Below are positions 32,202 to 41,567 of a stretch of DNA of 64,000 bases, in pieces. A model generated the notes under the pieces. It was given only the letters and a program-made list of their open reading frames with translations. It had not been told where the DNA came from and made no database searches. Source of the DNA: Rickettsiales bacterium (GTDB taxonomy: Bacteria > Pseudomonadota > Alphaproteobacteria > Rs-D84 > CACZYB01); the NCBI GenBank assembly GCA_031263095.1, contig JAISGI010000015.1, positions 12,328-76,327 on the forward strand, read 5' to 3'. A program made the translations under genes and the position numbers. Within the stretch, counting starts at the first letter, position 1. The number at the start of each line of letters is the position of its first letter.

Positions 32202-32808
32202 ATGACATATATGAACAAAAAGTGTACGGGGGGGGGCAGGTAAGTATATAGCTTTAGCGCTTCTCCTAATATCGACTCAATCACAATCTTCAAACTACTA
32301 TACTTGCACAGCTTGCGCATTGCCCGGTGCCTGCCAAGCGGGTGCGGCGCAAGACTGCAAATATAATGCAACCTTGAGCCTAGCCGAAGCGACCGCTTGC
32401 ATAGGAGTCCCGGAATTGAACAGATGGAAAGTCTATACCGGCGGCCACGTCTTGACGCCGGGCATATATAGGCACGACATAGAGAAGAACGCGGTTTCGC
32501 ACAGCTTGGGCCTTGAGGATGGAAGCGCGGTGTTCACCGTGGTGCAGAATTCCTATTTAGCCTGCTTCATCGGCAACGGCACATACGAAGGCACTAGCGG
32601 AATATCGAACTGCGGGTGCCAGGCCCGAACCGATGGCTCGAACGAGCCTTTTAACTATCAGCAGGCAGGCATACCGAAGTTCGCGGCGGGCGCGGCGCTT
32701 AGGACGGCGATACTCACTCCCGGCCTGACAAGCGAAACCCTGACCAAAGGAGAGACTTTGCCCACGTGGTGCAGATATACCCTGTACAAGCTTGACAGCG
32801 ATAGCTAG
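32202..32808 (+). CDS. phase-variable family copy H; G9 at 32228-32236 (ON at 8 G)
   Basis: Leader GTCTAACCAAAGGAGAAAGACGACA-ATG ACA TAT ATG AAC AAA AAG TGT ACG-G9. At 8 G it reads MTYMNKKCTGGAGKYIALALLLISTQSQSSNYYTCTACALPGACQAGAAQDCKYNATLSLAEATACIGVPELNRW...YTLYKLDSDS. Confidence 0.8.
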
Positions 32809-32828
32809 AACGCTTTTAGCATATTGTC

Positions 32829-32879
32829 CCTGTGGGATTAGTGTGCAACTCTAACGGAGTTGTGCACGGATTCCACAGG
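32829..32879. repeat. REP-like palindrome (variant core)
   Basis: CCTGTGGgattagtgtgcaactctaacggagttgtgcacggattCCACAGG. Confidence 0.6.
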
Positions 32880-32885
32880 GTAAAG

Positions 32886-33422
32886 TTATAACCGGTTCAT
32901 AACTTTGTTCACGAAATCTATCCATTGCGTTCGTGGATGCATTACGCCGCTCTTCATCATGTTCAAAAGCTCGGTATAGTCGGCCCATTTTACTTCGTCA
33001 ACCTCGGCGTCGTTGAAGCTGATGTTGTCGAGCGCAAGGTTCTTGCGTATCACGAACAGGTTATAGAACTGGTTTTCCTTGAACTCACCGATAGTCCTGC
33101 GGTCGCGGAAAGTCTTGGTGAACAGGAAGTCGGACACGCGGATGTCCCGGGGCAGTTGGAGCCCGATCTCCTCGTTGTTTTCCCGCATTATGGTGGAGAG
33201 CGCATCTTCGCCCGCGCTTATGTGCGAGGCAAGCGATATATCCCACAGTCCCGGATACTTTTCCTTCGTCATCGAACGTTTCTGCAAAAGCACATGGTTC
33301 TTCTGGTTTATGATGGCGACGATTGCGGCCTCGTGCCAGTCGCCGTCCCTGTGCACTTCGTCCCGGGTCTTTATTTTTCCGGTCGGAATGCCGTCTTCGT
33401 CCAATATGCTTATGTATTCCAT
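32886..33422 (-). CDS. NUDIX hydrolase (IDI-like)
   Basis: The true start is MEYISILDEDG... at 33422. Its ATG shares the A of the fabG TGA stop. The ORF-track start at 33704 would overlap fabG. It carries a Nudix box (GEDALSTIMRENNEEIG). Confidence 0.7.
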   Translation of the reverse strand: MEYISILDEDGIPTGKIKTRDEVHRDGDWHEAAIVAIINQKNHVLLQKRSMTKEKYPGLWDISLASHISAGEDALSTIMRENNEEIGLQLPRDIRVSDFLFTKTFRDRRTIGEFKENQFYNLFVIRKNLALDNISFNDAEVDEVKWADYTELLNMMKSGVMHPRTQWIDFVNKVMNRL

Positions 33423-34159
33423 CAAACCCTCAACATCCCACCGTTCACGTGTAAAGTCTGCCCAGTGATGTACGAGGCTTCGTCGCTTGCCAAATAAGCA
33501 GCGGCCGAGGCGACATCCGAGGGAGTGCCGAAGCGTTTCAAGGGAATCTGCGCCATCATGGAGGTCTTGACATCTTCGGAGAGCACGTCCGTCATAGCGG
33601 TCTCGATGAACCCGGGCGCAATGCAGTTCGCGGTTATTCCGCGGCTTGCGACCTCGGCCGCCAAGGCCTTGGTAAGCGAGGTCAGCCCACCCTTCGAGGC
33701 GCAATAGTTCGCTTGGCCCGGGTTGCCCATAAACCCGACAATCGAGGTTATGTTGATTATCCGCCCGAACCGCTGCTTCATCATGGGGCCGACAGCCTCG
33801 CGCATAAGCCGGAACGAGGCGGTCAGGTTCACGTCGATTACGCGCAAAAAGTCTTCGTCTTTCATCCGCATCATAAGCGTGTCTGCGGTCAAGCCCGCAT
33901 TGTTGACAAGGATGTCAAGCCGCCCGGCTTTTTCAATCGACTCCTTGATAAGACGCGCCGGCTCGTCGGCAATGGAAAGGTCGGCCGGTATCGCGAACAC
34001 CCGCCCGCCAAGCTCGCCCGCAAGCTTCTCAAGCACATCCGCCTTGCGCCCGGTTATAACTACCGCCGCGCCAAGTGAATGGAGCGTCCGGGCAATCGCC
34101 TCGCCAATCCCGCCGGTGGCGCCGGTAATCAGGGCAGTTTTTCCGCTTAAATCGAACAT
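33422..34159 (-). CDS. fabG: 3-oxoacyl-[ACP] reductase
   Basis: SDR with TGATGGIG and YCASK motifs; 245 aa. Confidence 0.85.
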   Translation of the reverse strand: MFDLSGKTALITGATGGIGEAIARTLHSLGAAVVITGRKADVLEKLAGELGGRVFAIPADLSIADEPARLIKESIEKAGRLDILVNNAGLTADTLMMRMKDEDFLRVIDVNLTASFRLMREAVGPMMKQRFGRIINITSIVGFMGNPGQANYCASKGGLTSLTKALAAEVASRGITANCIAPGFIETAMTDVLSEDVKTSMMAQIPLKRFGTPSDVASAAAYLASDEASYITGQTLHVNGGMLRV

Positions 34160-34186
34160 TTTTGCCTCTTGTTTTGTAAAGGTTTC

Positions 34187-34471
34187 CTACTTGTCCTTGG
34201 GAAAGTATAGGCCGAGGACGAACGGCAGACAGTATGACAATACCCACAGGACGGCTTTTATCAAAGTATCGGGCGAATTCCAGTTCAAATAAATGGCCAG
34301 CCCTACTATTATAAGTATAAAGACCGAGCCACCTATTACCAGCATGGGTATGACGAAGCTGCAAATTACGTCCGTGAACGCTTCCCTTACCTTCTTTGTG
34401 GTCTCGAATTTAAGGTTCTGATACCTGTCGTTCAAATCTTCGTTCGGCACCAGAGGGTTTTCGACTGTCAT
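34187..34471 (-). CDS. small hypothetical membrane protein (94 aa)
   Basis: Two TM helices. It sits between fabG and fabD, where acpP would normally be expected. Confidence 0.35.
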   Translation of the reverse strand: MTVENPLVPNEDLNDRYQNLKFETTKKVREAFTDVICSFVIPMLVIGGSVFILIIVGLAIYLNWNSPDTLIKAVLWVLSYCLPFVLGLYFPKDK

Positions 34472-34692
34472 TTCAAAAGCTCTTTTTGCGGGCTCATGAA
34501 CTCGACCGAGTCATCAGCCTTTACAATGCCCACGGCATTGCGGTTCGTGGCCGCAAGTATGGCTATCATATAGTCCATGATGGATTCATAGTCCTTGAAC
34601 CCGAACCTGTCCTTGATTATTTCAAGCTTGCCGACCTCGCCGTTGTCGACGGTGTAGATTATTTTGTCGTCTTCTTTTTTTGCCAAAATCAT
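34468..34692 (-). CDS. small hypothetical protein (74 aa)
   Basis: The ORF overlaps the next gene by 4 nt. It has no ACP DSL motif. Confidence 0.35.
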   Translation of the reverse strand: MILAKKEDDKIIYTVDNGEVGKLEIIKDRFGFKDYESIMDYMIAILAATNRNAVGIVKADDSVEFMSPQKELLK

Positions 34693-34735
34693 GTCGTACC
34701 TCTAAACGGGAACATACACCGGATTTGCGAAAAAG

Positions 34736-35638
34736 TCAAGTATTTTTCAGGGTTTCGACCCCTGCCTTGTCCTCGACGGAAGCACAGCTTGCCGCATCCG
34801 TACAACGCTTGACAAGGCCGCCTAGCACGGCTCCACTGCCAAGCTCGAAGAATTCGGAAACTCCCGCACCCACCATGAACCCGACGCATTCCGTGAATCG
34901 CACGCCGCTGGTCATCTGCTGGGTAAGAAGAGCCTTTATGTCCGAGGCTTTCGCAACCGCCGCGGTTCGGTTCGAGACGAAAGGTATCGAGGGTTCGCCT
35001 ACATCGACCGAAGACAGGAGAACTTCCATTTTTTCGCGCGCGGGCTGCATAAGCGGACAGTGCGCAGGCACGGACACGGGCAGTATAACACACTTTTTCG
35101 CCCCTGCGTCTTTAAGCATGGCTTCCGCCGCTACGACCGACTCCTTGACGCCCGAGATTACGATTTGTCCCGGACAGTTGTCGTTCGCGACCCATACCTT
35201 GTCGAGCTTCGAGCATACGTCCGCCACCACATTCGCGCCAAGGCCGATTACCGCCATCATACCGCCAAGTCCTGCCGGAACCGCCGCTGCCATCGCCTCG
35301 CCACGCGCGCGCAGAAGGCGGGCGCCGTCCGCAAGAGTTATCGCGCCAGCGGCGACCAGCGCCGAATATTCGCCAAGCGAATGCCCGCATACATAGTCGG
35401 CCATAGGCGAACCTGCCGCACGATATGCCGCCACGCTCGCCGCCAATAACGCGGGTTGAGTGTTCTGCGTCTGGTTCAGCGCCTCCATATCCTCGCCCCA
35501 AATAACGGCAGACAAGGAAAATCCCAAAGCTTCGTCGACCTCCTCGAATACCGCCCGCGCTTCGGGAAATTCGGACACAAGCTCTCGCCCCATACCAAGC
35601 TTTTGCGAACCCTGTCCGGGAAATAGGAATGCTCTCAT
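34736..35638 (-). CDS. fabD: malonyl-CoA-ACP transacylase
   Basis: An AAGAGG Shine-Dalgarno site precedes the ATG at 35638 (MRAFLFPGQGSQ...GHSLGEYSAL). Confidence 0.85.
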   Translation of the reverse strand: MRAFLFPGQGSQKLGMGRELVSEFPEARAVFEEVDEALGFSLSAVIWGEDMEALNQTQNTQPALLAASVAAYRAAGSPMADYVCGHSLGEYSALVAAGAITLADGARLLRARGEAMAAAVPAGLGGMMAVIGLGANVVADVCSKLDKVWVANDNCPGQIVISGVKESVVAAEAMLKDAGAKKCVILPVSVPAHCPLMQPAREKMEVLLSSVDVGEPSIPFVSNRTAAVAKASDIKALLTQQMTSGVRFTECVGFMVGAGVSEFFELGSGAVLGGLVKRCTDAASCASVEDKAGVETLKNT

Positions 35639-35651
35639 TATACAACCTCTT

Positions 35652-36917
35652 TTATAGATATTCATTATTGTTCATATAAGGCCTGATTTTCTCCGGCAGT
35701 CGTACGCGCCCATCCTCGGTCTGATGGTTCTCGATGAACTGCGCCAATATGCGCGGCGTAGCAATGCCGGTATTATTCAAAGTAAAGCAGTGCCGCACCT
35801 TGTTCGTCCCGTTCTCGCGATAGCGAAGATTCGCCCGCCTCGCCTGCCACTCGGTAAGATTCGAGCAGGAATGCGTCTCGCGATAGCGGTTCTCCGACGG
35901 CATCCAGGTCTCGAGATCGTTCATCTTGTACTTGCCCGCGCCCATGTCCCCGGTACAGCACTCGACCACTTGGTAAGGAAGCTCGAGGTCTGCCAAAACC
36001 TCCTCCGCGCACGACAGCAGCACGCCGTACCACTTCTTTGATTCCTCAAGGTCGTTCTTGCAGATTACGTACTGCTCGACCTTCATAAACTGGTGCACAC
36101 GGAACAGTCCGCGCACGTCCTTTCCGGCCGAGCCCGCCTCGCGCCTGAAACAAGGAGAATATCCGGCATACAGCAGGGGCAGTTGTGCCTCCTCGAGTAT
36201 CTCGCTCGAATGTAGCGAGGTCAGCACGACTTCGGCCGTACCGGAAAGGTAAGTATCGTCCTTTTCCAGATAATATACCTCCTCGCGCCCCGTGGGAAAG
36301 TGCCCGGTGCCGTACAACGCGGTTTCACGCACCATAGAGGGCACGGTTATCATGGTGAAGCCCTTGGCGGTCAGCTTGTCCATCATGTACGCATGCAGGG
36401 CTATCTCAAGCCGAGATAACGCGCCCTTTAACGCGACCGAACGACTCCCACACACATTCGGAATCCGCTTGAAGTCGGCCCAGTTGTTCATTTCGGCAAG
36501 CTCCCAGTGGGCTTTCGGCGCAAAGCCGAATTCCCGTGGTTTGCCTACTTGCCGTACGACCACGTTTTCCGAGTCGTCCTTTCCAACCGGCACATCCGGC
36601 GCAGGAATATTGGGAACAAGCCACATAAGCTGCTCGAATTCGGCGCCGCTTGCCTTGCTGTTAGACTCAAGCTTGGATATTTCCTCGCCAAGCTCTTTGG
36701 ATTTGGCCACGGCCGCGGTTTTCTCGCCAGCGCCAAGCTTGGGGATAGACTCGGAAATCGCGTTCTTCTCCGCGCGTAGGTTCTGAAGCCTGGTGTCAGC
36801 CTCGCGAAGCTCGGCGTCCAGCTGTAAAAGCCGGTCTAGGTTCAAATCGACCCGCTTGTCCGCGATGGCTTTTTTGACGGCATCGGGATTTTCCCGAATG
36901 AATTTTATGTCAAGCAT
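35652..36917 (-). CDS. serS: seryl-tRNA synthetase
   Basis: N-terminal coiled-coil plus class II motifs (FRREAGSAG, GTGLAxxR-like). Confidence 0.9.
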   Translation of the reverse strand: MLDIKFIRENPDAVKKAIADKRVDLNLDRLLQLDAELREADTRLQNLRAEKNAISESIPKLGAGEKTAAVAKSKELGEEISKLESNSKASGAEFEQLMWLVPNIPAPDVPVGKDDSENVVVRQVGKPREFGFAPKAHWELAEMNNWADFKRIPNVCGSRSVALKGALSRLEIALHAYMMDKLTAKGFTMITVPSMVRETALYGTGHFPTGREEVYYLEKDDTYLSGTAEVVLTSLHSSEILEEAQLPLLYAGYSPCFRREAGSAGKDVRGLFRVHQFMKVEQYVICKNDLEESKKWYGVLLSCAEEVLADLELPYQVVECCTGDMGAGKYKMNDLETWMPSENRYRETHSCSNLTEWQARRANLRYRENGTNKVRHCFTLNNTGIATPRILAQFIENHQTEDGRVRLPEKIRPYMNNNEYL

Positions 36918-37101
36918 TTCTTGCTCCTGTTTGTGGATACTTTAGCGATTTTGCATGGGAAAGCAAGAAATTTCTATCCAACACCAGTTCGTATTTTATT
37001 GTTATTGACAAAAGCCTTTCGCCTGAATATAATTCTTTTCAGCGGTTTAAGAGAGCCGCAAAATCAACCGACTTCAGCAATATAATCTTAGGAAAAATCA
37101 A

Positions 37102-38364
37102 ATGCACATAAGAGACGTCCGCCAGATAAAGCCGGCAGAGCTTATCGTAATGGCCGAGGCAAAAGGCATAGAAAACCCCGGCAGCTTCGATATACAGACG
37201 CTGCGCTTCAACTTCCTCAAAAAAATGGCCGCCGAGGAGACGCTTACCGGCGAGGGCGTGCTCGAGCTGATGAGCGACGGCTACGGCTTCCTTCGTTCGC
37301 CGGACGCAAGCTATACTGCCGGGCCGGACGACATCTATGTCAGCCCCATGCTGGTCAAGAAATTCGGCCTAAAGGCCGGCGACACCATTGAGGGCGAACT
37401 GCGCGCACCCAAGTCGAACGAGAAATACTTCGCGCTTGACAACGTGAACCGCATAAACTTCGACGCAGACCTTAGCAGATCCAAACACAGGGTGCATTTC
37501 GACGACCTTGTGCCCCTGTACCCGCAGGACAAGCTTGACCTTGACGTCCAGATGGGCGACGGGAAGAAGCCGAACTTCACCACGCGGATAATCGACCTGG
37601 TAGCTCCGCAGGGCAAGGGCCAGCGCGCCCTCATTGTCGCTCCGCCCAAGGCCGGAAAGACCATGATGCTCCAGAACATCGCGCACGCGATTACCGAGCG
37701 GCACCCCGAGGTTTATCTTATAGTCCTCCTCATCGACGAGCGGCCGGAGGAGGTCACGGACATGGAGCGCTCTATAAAGGGCGAGGTCGTGTCCTCGACT
37801 TTCGACGAGCCCGCGGCCCGCCACGTCCAGGTAACCGAAATGGTCATCGAGAAGGCCAAACGCCTTGTTGAGTACAAGCGGGACGTCGTTATCCTTATGG
37901 ATTCTATTACCCGTCTTGGGCGCGCATACAACGCGGTAGTCCCCTCCTCGGGCAAAGTGCTGACCGGCGGCGTGGACGCGAACGCGCTCCAGCGGCCCAA
38001 ACGCGTCATAGGCGCGGCCAGGAACATCGAGGACGGCGGGTCTTTGTCGATTATAGCGACCGCGCTTATCGAAACCGGCTCTAAGATGGACGAGGTTATC
38101 TTCGAGGAATTCAAGGGCACTGGCAACTCGGAAATCGTGCTCGACCGCAAGCTTTCGGACAAGCGTACTTTCCCAGCAATCGACGTTACCCGGTCTGGCA
38201 CGCGCAAGGAAGAGCTGCTCGTCTCGCCCGAGACTTTGCAGAAAATGTGGCTTTTGCGCCGGATTTTGGTCAGCATGGGCTCCTCGGACGCCATGGACTT
38301 CCTGCTAGAAAAGATACGGCACACCAAGACCAATGCAGAATTTTTCGAGACAATGAACCAGTAA
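37102..38364 (+). CDS. rho: transcription termination factor Rho
   Basis: N-terminal RNA-binding domain and Walker A (APPKAGKT); 420 aa. Confidence 0.9.
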   Translation: MHIRDVRQIKPAELIVMAEAKGIENPGSFDIQTLRFNFLKKMAAEETLTGEGVLELMSDGYGFLRSPDASYTAGPDDIYVSPMLVKKFGLKAGDTIEGELRAPKSNEKYFALDNVNRINFDADLSRSKHRVHFDDLVPLYPQDKLDLDVQMGDGKKPNFTTRIIDLVAPQGKGQRALIVAPPKAGKTMMLQNIAHAITERHPEVYLIVLLIDERPEEVTDMERSIKGEVVSSTFDEPAARHVQVTEMVIEKAKRLVEYKRDVVILMDSITRLGRAYNAVVPSSGKVLTGGVDANALQRPKRVIGAARNIEDGGSLSIIATALIETGSKMDEVIFEEFKGTGNSEIVLDRKLSDKRTFPAIDVTRSGTRKEELLVSPETLQKMWLLRRILVSMGSSDAMDFLLEKIRHTKTNAEFFETMNQ

Positions 38365-38371
38365 ATCAACT

Positions 38372-38445
38372 AAAAAATCCCTGCGGGCTTTTTTAGTTGG
38401 AAGTTTGAGAAAAAAGGCCGGGGAAACCCTGGCCTTTTTTCGATT
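38372..38445. terminator. two terminator hairpins (rho 3' end and the 3' end of 38460..39020)
   Basis: aaaaaATCCCTGCGGGCTtttttag and gaaaaaaGGCCGGGGaaaCCCTGGCCttttttcg. Confidence 0.6.
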
Positions 38446-38459
38446 TTATCCAAGATTGT

Positions 38460-39020
38460 TTAATTCAGCTTGTACAAATACACCATGCCGGAAGTCCTGT
38501 CCATATCGGAAAGTGTGAGGCCGGGTGTGGCCATCCTTCCGCCGTTGGGGTTATTTGCGTACATTTGTGCTCCGTAAACCAAAACATTCTCTGCAGATCC
38601 CATATAAGGCGATTTGAAGAATACAAGGTCGGTGCAAGCATTGTTCAAACACCCTCCGGCATTCAACAGCGAATATATACGCACAGAGGCAGGCTGGTTC
38701 AATACCACTATGTTGGACGAGTAACTATTCCCGGCTACGTAGGCGTCTATGCGATAGACTCCAGGTGCGTAAAGGTTATCCGCTGAAGCGCTTATGCCAT
38801 TGCCGGGCGAAGAAGTTTGGGCGACGACCTGCCACCTCGATTTTTCCGGCGTTCCTATTGCTGCTGTCGCTTCTTCAAGCGTCAATACAGCATTGTACCT
38901 GCAATCTTGGGTGGCGCCGGATTGGCAGGCACCGGGCACGGCGCACGCCGAACAGGAATAATAGTTCGCCGCACCGGCTGGCATTGCCATAAGCATCACC
39001 ATTGCTAGTAGTTTTTTCAT
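38460..39020 (-). CDS. family copy I with no homopolymer tract: constitutive-type member with a standard signal peptide
   Basis: MKKLLAMVMLMAMPAGA-ANYYSCSACAVPGACQSGATQDCRYNAVLTLEEATAAIGTPEKSRWQVV...PGVYRIDAY...PGLTLSDMDRTSGMVYLYKLN. Shine-Dalgarno site AAGGAGG-ACTGA-ATG. It has all the family motifs but a different, uninterrupted leader. Confidence 0.85.
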   Translation of the reverse strand: MKKLLAMVMLMAMPAGAANYYSCSACAVPGACQSGATQDCRYNAVLTLEEATAAIGTPEKSRWQVVAQTSSPGNGISASADNLYAPGVYRIDAYVAGNSYSSNIVVLNQPASVRIYSLLNAGGCLNNACTDLVFFKSPYMGSAENVLVYGAQMYANNPNGGRMATPGLTLSDMDRTSGMVYLYKLN

Positions 39021-39210
39021 TCAGTCCTCCTTTGGTTGTGGCTGAAAGTCGCACCCTCCACGGGGCTATGTGCAATTGCTCGCAAAAGGCGCGAACCTTG
39101 CCGGCGAATCTCTTCGTCGGCGGAAGTATTATAGCACAAAATCGGGACGCGGACAACCGGAAAAGAATTTCTTGCAATTTTCGGCCGTGCGCCTTATATT
39201 GGCCTGCAAC

Positions 39211-39299
39211 GGAAGGTTGGCAGAGCGGTAATGCAGCGGATTGCTAATCCGTGACGGGGTTAAATCCGTCCAGAGGTTCGAGTCCTCTACCTTCCGCCA
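39211..39299 (+). tRNA. tRNA-Ser (anticodon GCU), type II with a long variable arm
   Basis: Acceptor GGAAGGT/ACCTTCC, anticodon loop TTGCTAA, variable arm GACGGggttaaatCCGTC, T-loop GGTTCGAGTCC, and discriminator G followed by an encoded CCA. Confidence 0.85.
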
Positions 39300-39348
39300 T
39301 TCTATTGTAGTTCCCCGGCTTGACCAAGGAATCCAGTCAGCCATAATC

Positions 39349-40014
39349 CTATTTTATTTTTGCAGCCCTGCGCAGCACCCATCCGGATTCTCTCTTCCAT
39401 ATTACGCCTCGTCGGATGACGGACGCCGGGTTTCCCGCAATCGCGGTGTGTTTTTCCGAAAAGCTCTTTGTGACCACTGCACCGGCGCCGACTATGGTGC
39501 CGTCGGGTATGGAAGCATTTTTCGTGAATATTGCGGCTTGCCCTATCCAGCAGTGCTCTCCTATACGCAGCGGATTCCGCGGATTGCTTATTATTTCACC
39601 GGACGCCGCCTCTATTATTGCGTGTCCTTCCGACGGGCGCAGGGTTGCGCTGTTTATCATACAGTCTTTCCCAATCTCGCACCGACATTCCTCCGACATT
39701 CGGATGAACATCGGGCCCGAGCTCAATCCCTCGTCGATGGTCAATGTCTGCTTCTCTCCGTCCGACATAAGAATGCGGAGCTCGTTTATGTGGAGTGGAC
39801 TGCGGATTTCGATTTTGCAGTCATCGGCAAGGCATTCGATACTGCAATTTTTCGCATTCGTCGGAAAGAAAAACTTCACAAGATTGTTTTTCCCGCCAAG
39901 GGTTATGGCAAAGCCCGGGACTTTTTCTCCATGGGCAAGCTCTCGCTCGTTGCCATTCTCGACTACGATTATCTTGTTATCGGTTCCCGTATCTGACACA
40001 GACGATTCTGCCAC
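39349..40014 (-). CDS. hexapeptide-repeat (LbH) acetyltransferase. A C9 contingency tract (plus-strand G9 at 40042-40050) lies upstream; at 10 C an N-terminal extension from the ATG at 40151 joins in frame
   Basis: The core ORF begins at the GTG at 40014 and contains LbH repeats (IGEHCWIGQAAIFTKNASIPDGTIVGAGAVV). From the ATG at 40151 the reading frame (MEIRKALVNLICIFVPNRGLRHRIRTICAKSAIYPPP...) runs through the C-tract. With 9 C it terminates at 39969 (60 aa). With 10 C it continues as ...PPPTFPDKSNTDVAESSVS... into the acetyltransferase. Confidence 0.7.
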   Translation of the reverse strand: MAESSVSDTGTDNKIIVVENGNERELAHGEKVPGFAITLGGKNNLVKFFFPTNAKNCSIECLADDCKIEIRSPLHINELRILMSDGEKQTLTIDEGLSSGPMFIRMSEECRCEIGKDCMINSATLRPSEGHAIIEAASGEIISNPRNPLRIGEHCWIGQAAIFTKNASIPDGTIVGAGAVVTKSFSEKHTAIAGNPASVIRRGVIWKRESGWVLRRAAKIK

Positions 40015-40152
40015 ATCCGTATTGGATTTATCAGGAAACGTGGGGGGGGGTAAATCGCTGATTTTGCACAGATTGTCCGTATTCTATGGCGCAAGCCTCT
40101 GTTTGGGACGAAAATGCATATAAGATTGACGAGAGCCTTGCGGATTTCCATT

Positions 40153-40857
40153 TTACATATCCGCCCGGGTCTTCACCACCTTGTCAATCAAGCCAAAGCC
40201 TTGGGCTTCCTCGGCGCTCATGAAGTTGTCCCGCTCGACCGCTGCGGCGACCTCGGCAATCGGCCGCCCGGTGTGGAATGCATAAAGCGAATTGAGCTTC
40301 TCCCTGGTCTTCAAAATCTCCCGCGCGTGAATCTCGATGTCCGTGGCCTGACCTTGGTACCCGCCAAGCGGCTGGTGTATCATTATGCGCGAGTTGGTAA
40401 GCGCGAATCGCTTGCCCTTCGCACCGCCGGCGAGCAGAAACGAGCCCATCGAGCACGCCTGGCCAAGACAAAGCGTGGCCACATCCGGCTTGACGTACTG
40501 CATGGTGTCGTATATTGCAAGACCCGATGTCACTACACCGCCTGGCGAGTTTATGTACATGAATATGTCCTTGTCCGGGTTCTCCGACTCGAGAAACACA
40601 AGCTGCGCCACGACGAGCGAGGCCGAGGCATCGTTTATCTCACCGTTGATGAAGATTATACGCTCCTTGAGTAGGCGCGAGAATATGTCGAAACTCCGCT
40701 CGCCGCGGGCCGTCTGCTCGATTACATAGGGTATGAAATTCATTGAATCATCCATTTGAGGCTCCTTTTTTAAGAAGAGTCTAACATACTTTTTAGCCGT
40801 TGTAAAGCCTGTGGAAAGCCAAACGGTTATCCTCGCTTTCCACAGGAAAAATAACAA
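40153..40857 (-). CDS. clpP: ATP-dependent Clp protease proteolytic subunit
   Basis: Ser-His-Asp triad context ([14 protein letters not shown]...MIHQP). Confidence 0.9.
   Translation of the reverse strand: MLFFLWKARITVWLSTGFTTAKKYVRLFLKKEPQMDDSMNFIPYVIEQTARGERSFDIFSRLLKERIIFINGEINDASASLVVAQLVFLESENPDKDIFMYINSPGGVVTSGLAIYDTMQYVKPDVATLCLGQACSMGSFLLAGGAKGKRFALTNSRIMIHQPLGGYQGQATDIEIHAREILKTREKLNSLYAFHTGRPIAEVAAAVERDNFMSAEEAQGFGLIDKVVKTRADM
40808..40846. repeat. REP-like palindrome plus GGACTAGAATTATTACAAT motif (40861-40879, minus orientation)
   Basis: CCTGTGGaaagccaaacggttatcctcgctttCCACAGG. The motif's TAG is the stop codon of copy J. Confidence 0.55.
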
Positions 40858-40878
40858 AATTCAATTATTGTAATAATT

Positions 40879-41439
40879 CTAGTCCAGCTTATATATTGCT
40901 GCTTTGCCTTCCGAGCCTATGTCGTCACTTGTTATCCCTGGAGTAGTGATTACAACCGACGGTGCGTTATCTCTGACAGCCTGCTGTATATACCAATTAG
41001 GGTCATTGGGCTTGCGCGTCCATATCCACCCGCATAATAAACCGTCGCATTCAATTGTATGTTCCAAGTATCCTGTACGATTGTCGGGAATAACAGCCAC
41101 TCCGGAGCGTTTGTTGTTTGCAGCGCGTATGACGTCGAACCTATACACCCCTGGCACAAGCTCGACCGACTGATGATCTCCGGCAAATGCACTTTGCTTC
41201 ACAAGACTCCACCTTGATTTCTCGGGAGTACCTATGCAGCGTGTTGCCTCCTCAAACGAAAGTATGTTTTCTGTATAGGCGCAATCCTTTGTCATTCCTG
41301 CCTGACAAGCCCCTGGTACAGAACAATTGGTACAGGTATAGTAGTTTGATGATTGAGAGTTGTTGGCTGAAATCAGGAGAAGCGCAATAGCTAAATACTT
41401 ATTTGCCCCCCCCCGTACGCTTTTTGTTCATAATACTCA
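40879..41439 (-). CDS. phase-variable family copy J; C9 at 41405-41413 (ON at 8)
   Basis: The reverse strand reads GTCTAACCAAAGGATAAAGACATTA-ATG AGT ATT ATG AAC AAA AAG CGT ACG-G9. At 8 it gives MSIMNKKRTGGANKYLAIALLLISANNSQSSNYYTCTNCSVPGACQAGMTKDCAYTENILSFEEATRCIGTPEKSRWSLV...AAIYKLD. The promoter is TTGACA, 18-nt spacer, TATAGT. Confidence 0.8.
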
Positions 41440-41500
41440 TTAATGTCTTTATCCTTTGGTTAGACAATTATACTATATCATCATTTATTATTGTTGTCAA

Positions 41501-41550
41501 CCTGTGGTAAGCGGGAGATAACTTGAAAAGTTATCCTCGCTTTCCACAGG
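41501..41550. repeat. REP-like palindrome
   Basis: CCTGTGGtaagcgggagataacttgaaaagttatcctcgctttCCACAGG. Confidence 0.6.
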
Positions 41551-41567
41551 CGCTCTATACAACTATC

